Below, in pieces: positions 61,311 to 64,000 of a stretch of DNA of 64,000 nt. The stretch covers positions 129 through 64,128 of the forward strand of contig CALMJB010000032.1 in the NCBI GenBank assembly GCA_937864205.1, given 5' to 3'. A program made the translations under genes and the position numbers. The notes under the pieces were generated by a model. The model was not told where the DNA came from, did not search any database, and worked only from the letters and a program-made list of their open reading frames with translations. Numbering within the stretch: the first letter of the stretch is position 1; the number at the start of each line of letters is the position of its first letter. Source of the stretch: an uncultured Actinomycetes bacterium. Its GTDB lineage: Bacteria; Actinomycetota; Actinomycetes; Nanopelagicales; Nanopelagicaceae.

Positions 61311-61316
61311 TAAGGT
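61311..61316 (+). promoter_or_regulatory. candidate -10 box (TAAGGT) of a leaderless trmH-family transcript
   Basis: TAAGGT, then 6 nt (TTTGCT), then ATG 61323. Confidence 0.4.
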
Positions 61317-61322
61317 TTTGCT

Positions 61323-61958
61323 ATGAGCGACATAGGACCAGGCGAGTTTTACCCAGTGGTTGGTGTAGGTCCACATTCTAAACCTTGGCCTACCGAAGAA
61401 CACTTTGATCCGCAGTTGTTGGAAAGTGGTGATCGTCGCAATGTGTTGGATAAATATAGATATTGGAAACTCTCAGCAATTGTTGCCGATCTTGATTTGC
61501 GCAGAAACCCACTTGAGATTGCGATAGAGAATTGGCAGCACGATTTAAATATTGGATCAATTGTGCGCACTGCAAATGCCTTCAATGTTTCTCTAGTTCA
61601 TATTGTTGGTAAGCGAGATTGGAATAAAAGAGGTGCGATGGTAACTGATCGGTATTTAAATGTTGTGCACCATCCCACAATTTCAGATTTTAAGAAAGAT
61701 TGTGATTCTAGAAATGTGCCAATTATTGGAATTGATAATGTAGAAAATTCAATTTCAATTGAGACCTATCAGTTTCCAAACAAGGCAGTGATGCTTTTTG
61801 GACAAGAAGGAGCGGGCATGTCTGCCGAAGCGATTGCCGCCTGCTCGGTGATTTTGGCGATTGCACAACATGGCTCTACTAGATCAATGAATGCATCAGC
61901 TGCTGGCGCTATTGCAATGTACGCCTGGGGTTTACAACACTTAAAAGTGAAGCGTTAA
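61323..61958 (+). CDS. SpoU/TrmH-family RNA 2'-O-methyltransferase
   Basis: MLFGQEGAGMS and HGSTRSMNASAAGAIAMY (SPOUT knot motifs). Confidence 0.75.
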   Translation: MSDIGPGEFYPVVGVGPHSKPWPTEEHFDPQLLESGDRRNVLDKYRYWKLSAIVADLDLRRNPLEIAIENWQHDLNIGSIVRTANAFNVSLVHIVGKRDWNKRGAMVTDRYLNVVHHPTISDFKKDCDSRNVPIIGIDNVENSISIETYQFPNKAVMLFGQEGAGMSAEAIAACSVILAIAQHGSTRSMNASAAGAIAMYAWGLQHLKVKR

Positions 61959-62890
61959 TCCTCTTTTATAACATCGGAAACTGAGTTTAAGCGTCGCTCA
62001 ATTTCCTCTGCCTCTTCTGCTTTACCAAGATTTTTTAGGACCACCGAAAGTTTGCGTTCAATTTCCATGATGAATTCAAAATCTTTAAATTCTGATTCGG
62101 TGACTATTTCCAGAACTTTTTCTAAAGTCATTAATGCTTCTTCATCTTTACCGGCAAGTGATTGCGCTTTGCCTAATTCAAATAAAGAATATGTTTCTCG
62201 GCGGTGATCGTGAGCGGTCACAAAAACATCGAGTGATTTTTGCGCAGCGATTAATGCACCTTCGGCATCTCCGAGTGCAGTCAAACAGTGGGCGATTTTT
62301 TGATCACACCTTGCAACATTTATGACTTCTTTTAATTTTTTAAACAAAGTTCGTGCTTGTTTAAAACTATCTAATGCATTTTGATATTGACCAAGTTCTC
62401 GTTGCGCGCATCCGATTAGGTGTAAATCATTTGCCGCGCCAGAATCATTTCCATCAATTAAATGTTCTTGTACGCAATCAGACATACATTCAACAGTTTT
62501 TTCATATTCCCGAGATCCATACCACCACTCACCTAAAGTGCAGGCGAGTTCGATTGCCAACGGAGATTTTGTCTCACGTAGTAATTCGACAGCTTTACTC
62601 ATCGCTGATGCAGCTTCGGGCATGCGTTTGAGTTGATTTAAGTTATATCCAATTGCCGAATAAGCCTGTGCTAATCCTTCAGTTGGAGCAGTTGAGCCCA
62701 ATTCTGAATAAATATCGCGCGCAGTTTCAGCAAGTGCCAATGCTTCATCGTATTGACCGCGGGCATAAATTCTGGCGCTTAATTCGTAATAAGTATTTGC
62801 GCGCTCGACTCCGTCAACTTCAGGAATTCTTTCCCAAAGCATTTCCTCTGTAATTATTTCTTCGCCAGAGTTATCTTCTTCGTCAGCCAA
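61955..62890 (-). CDS. tetratricopeptide-repeat protein, cytoplasmic, acidic termini
   Basis: Recurring A..Y..(L/I)G....G.Y..A helix pairs through 311 aa; TTG start preceded by AGGGGG. Confidence 0.6.
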   Translation of the reverse strand: MADEEDNSGEEIITEEMLWERIPEVDGVERANTYYELSARIYARGQYDEALALAETARDIYSELGSTAPTEGLAQAYSAIGYNLNQLKRMPEAASAMSKAVELLRETKSPLAIELACTLGEWWYGSREYEKTVECMSDCVQEHLIDGNDSGAANDLHLIGCAQRELGQYQNALDSFKQARTLFKKLKEVINVARCDQKIAHCLTALGDAEGALIAAQKSLDVFVTAHDHRRETYSLFELGKAQSLAGKDEEALMTLEKVLEIVTESEFKDFEFIMEIERKLSVVLKNLGKAEEAEEIERRLNSVSDVIKED

Positions 62891-62962
62891 TTCGCCCCCT
62901 AAAAAGTAGTACTAACCTACCGCTTCTTCCTGAAACAAACTCGATGAATCTCTTGCTTTACA

Positions 62963-63000
62963 TAGGCACCTTTAATTAAGCCAATATGAGCAGGTGCCTA
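62963..63000 (-). terminator. weak hairpin overlapping the LMW phosphatase stop codon
   Basis: 9-bp arms TAGGCACCT/AGGTGCCTA with a 20-nt loop; no U-tract follows, so terminator function is doubtful. Confidence 0.2.
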
Positions 63001-63498
63001 ATTTGCTGAGAAATAATTGATCAAACCATCGCAGGCTTGTTCGACCATATCCAGCACATTTTCAAAACTATTTATCCCTTCGCCATATGGATCTGGAACT
63101 TGCAGTTTTGCCCCTTCAGGTTTGGTCGCATCGATTCCCGAAAGCTTTGGATCAAAACTTCGCAGCATAAAAACTTTGTTTTTTTGTTCTGCCGTGGTGG
63201 CCAAATTCAAAATATTCGCACGGTTTGTTAAATCCATCGCCAGAATCAGATCTTGTTTTTCAAAATTAACCGGGTTAAATTGTTGCGCAGTATGTTCATA
63301 TTTGTAACCAGCTTTTTCCCAAACAAGTTTTGAATTTGGATTTGCCCCTTGCCCGACATGCCAATTTCCAGTACCAGAACTTGAAACAGTTATTGATGGT
63401 TTTGTTAATTTTTTTGATTTGTTATGAAGCACCGCCGCGGCCATTGGAGATCTGCAAATATTCCCCAAACAAACCATATGGACTTTTAAACTTGACAT
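62998..63498 (-). CDS. low-molecular-weight protein tyrosine phosphatase
   Basis: P-loop VCLGNICRSP near N-terminus and VPDPYG (DP loop). Start trimmed to MSSLKVHM (ATG 63498); the ORF is open to 63570. Confidence 0.85.
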   Translation of the reverse strand: MSSLKVHMVCLGNICRSPMAAAVLHNKSKKLTKPSITVSSSGTGNWHVGQGANPNSKLVWEKAGYKYEHTAQQFNPVNFEKQDLILAMDLTNRANILNLATTAEQKNKVFMLRSFDPKLSGIDATKPEGAKLQVPDPYGEGINSFENVLDMVEQACDGLINYFSAN

Positions 63499-63556
63499 TC
63501 CTCGAAGTGTTAAAAGGTATTCATTCTCAAAATAGGTGTTTGGCATACATAACGAG

Positions 63557-64000
<444 letters not shown>

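Overview
Very gene-dense 64-kb window with about 65 protein genes. Most neighbours are under 30 nt apart or overlap by 1-8 nt. It is visibly AT-rich (roughly 40% GC by eye, not computed) but the gene order is clearly actinobacterial. Several blocks match what I recall of Mycobacterium tuberculosis synteny: histidine phosphatase-ResA-CcdA-ResB-CcsA; menA/E/B/C/D/G plus polyprenyl synthase; proC...bS22; clpC1-lysS-coaX-panC-folK/B/P/E-ftsH-hpt-tilS-PBP4. Best guess, inference only: a genome-streamlined low-GC freshwater-type actinobacterium (acI/Nanopelagicales-like). Content, left to right: (a) yajQ and rarD; (b) a 16-gene minus-strand array menG-nuoABCDEFGHIJKLMN-polyprenyl diphosphate synthase; (c) menF, menDCB, menEA; (d) system II cytochrome c maturation genes (ccsA, resB, ccdA, resA-like); (e) a histidine phosphatase / HAD-IB pair; (f) an XPB helicase module (722-aa partner, M20 peptidase, XPB); (g) glutaredoxin-like and small hypothetical genes; (h) an 805-aa secreted HExxH-FN3-repeat protein; (i) the 32-aa ribosomal protein bS22, below the ORF-track cutoff; (j) a 419-aa secreted protein, proC and a Cys-rich conserved hypothetical; (k) a 19-gene minus-strand array transcribed dacB, ctaB, ABC ATPase, ABC permease, NlpC/P60, tilS, hpt, ftsH, folE, folP, folB, folK, panC, nadB, nadC, coaX, lysS, GNAT, clpC; (l) a trmH-family methyltransferase, a TPR protein, an LMW phosphatase and the 5' end of a guaB1-like gene. 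There is no rRNA, tRNA, CRISPR, transposase/integrase, prophage or recognisable defence gene. Verdict: this is mostly core respiratory, cofactor and housekeeping DNA, and I do not see a convincing novel multi-gene system. Most worth a second look: (1) tilS interrupted by a single in-frame TAA; (2) the XPB module, whose 722-aa partner carries a clear paralogue of the XPB N-terminal domain plus a WYL-like C-terminus; (3) two large secreted repeat proteins flanking bS22; (4) a recurrent leaderless-promoter geometry (TANNNT 6-9 nt before start codons), including two back-to-back promoters in a 33-bp spacer; (5) convergent gene pairs that all overlap, abut or sit 4 nt apart, leaving no room for terminators. 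Several ORF-track starts were trimmed to internal starts where ATGA coupling, SD or -10 geometry supported it.
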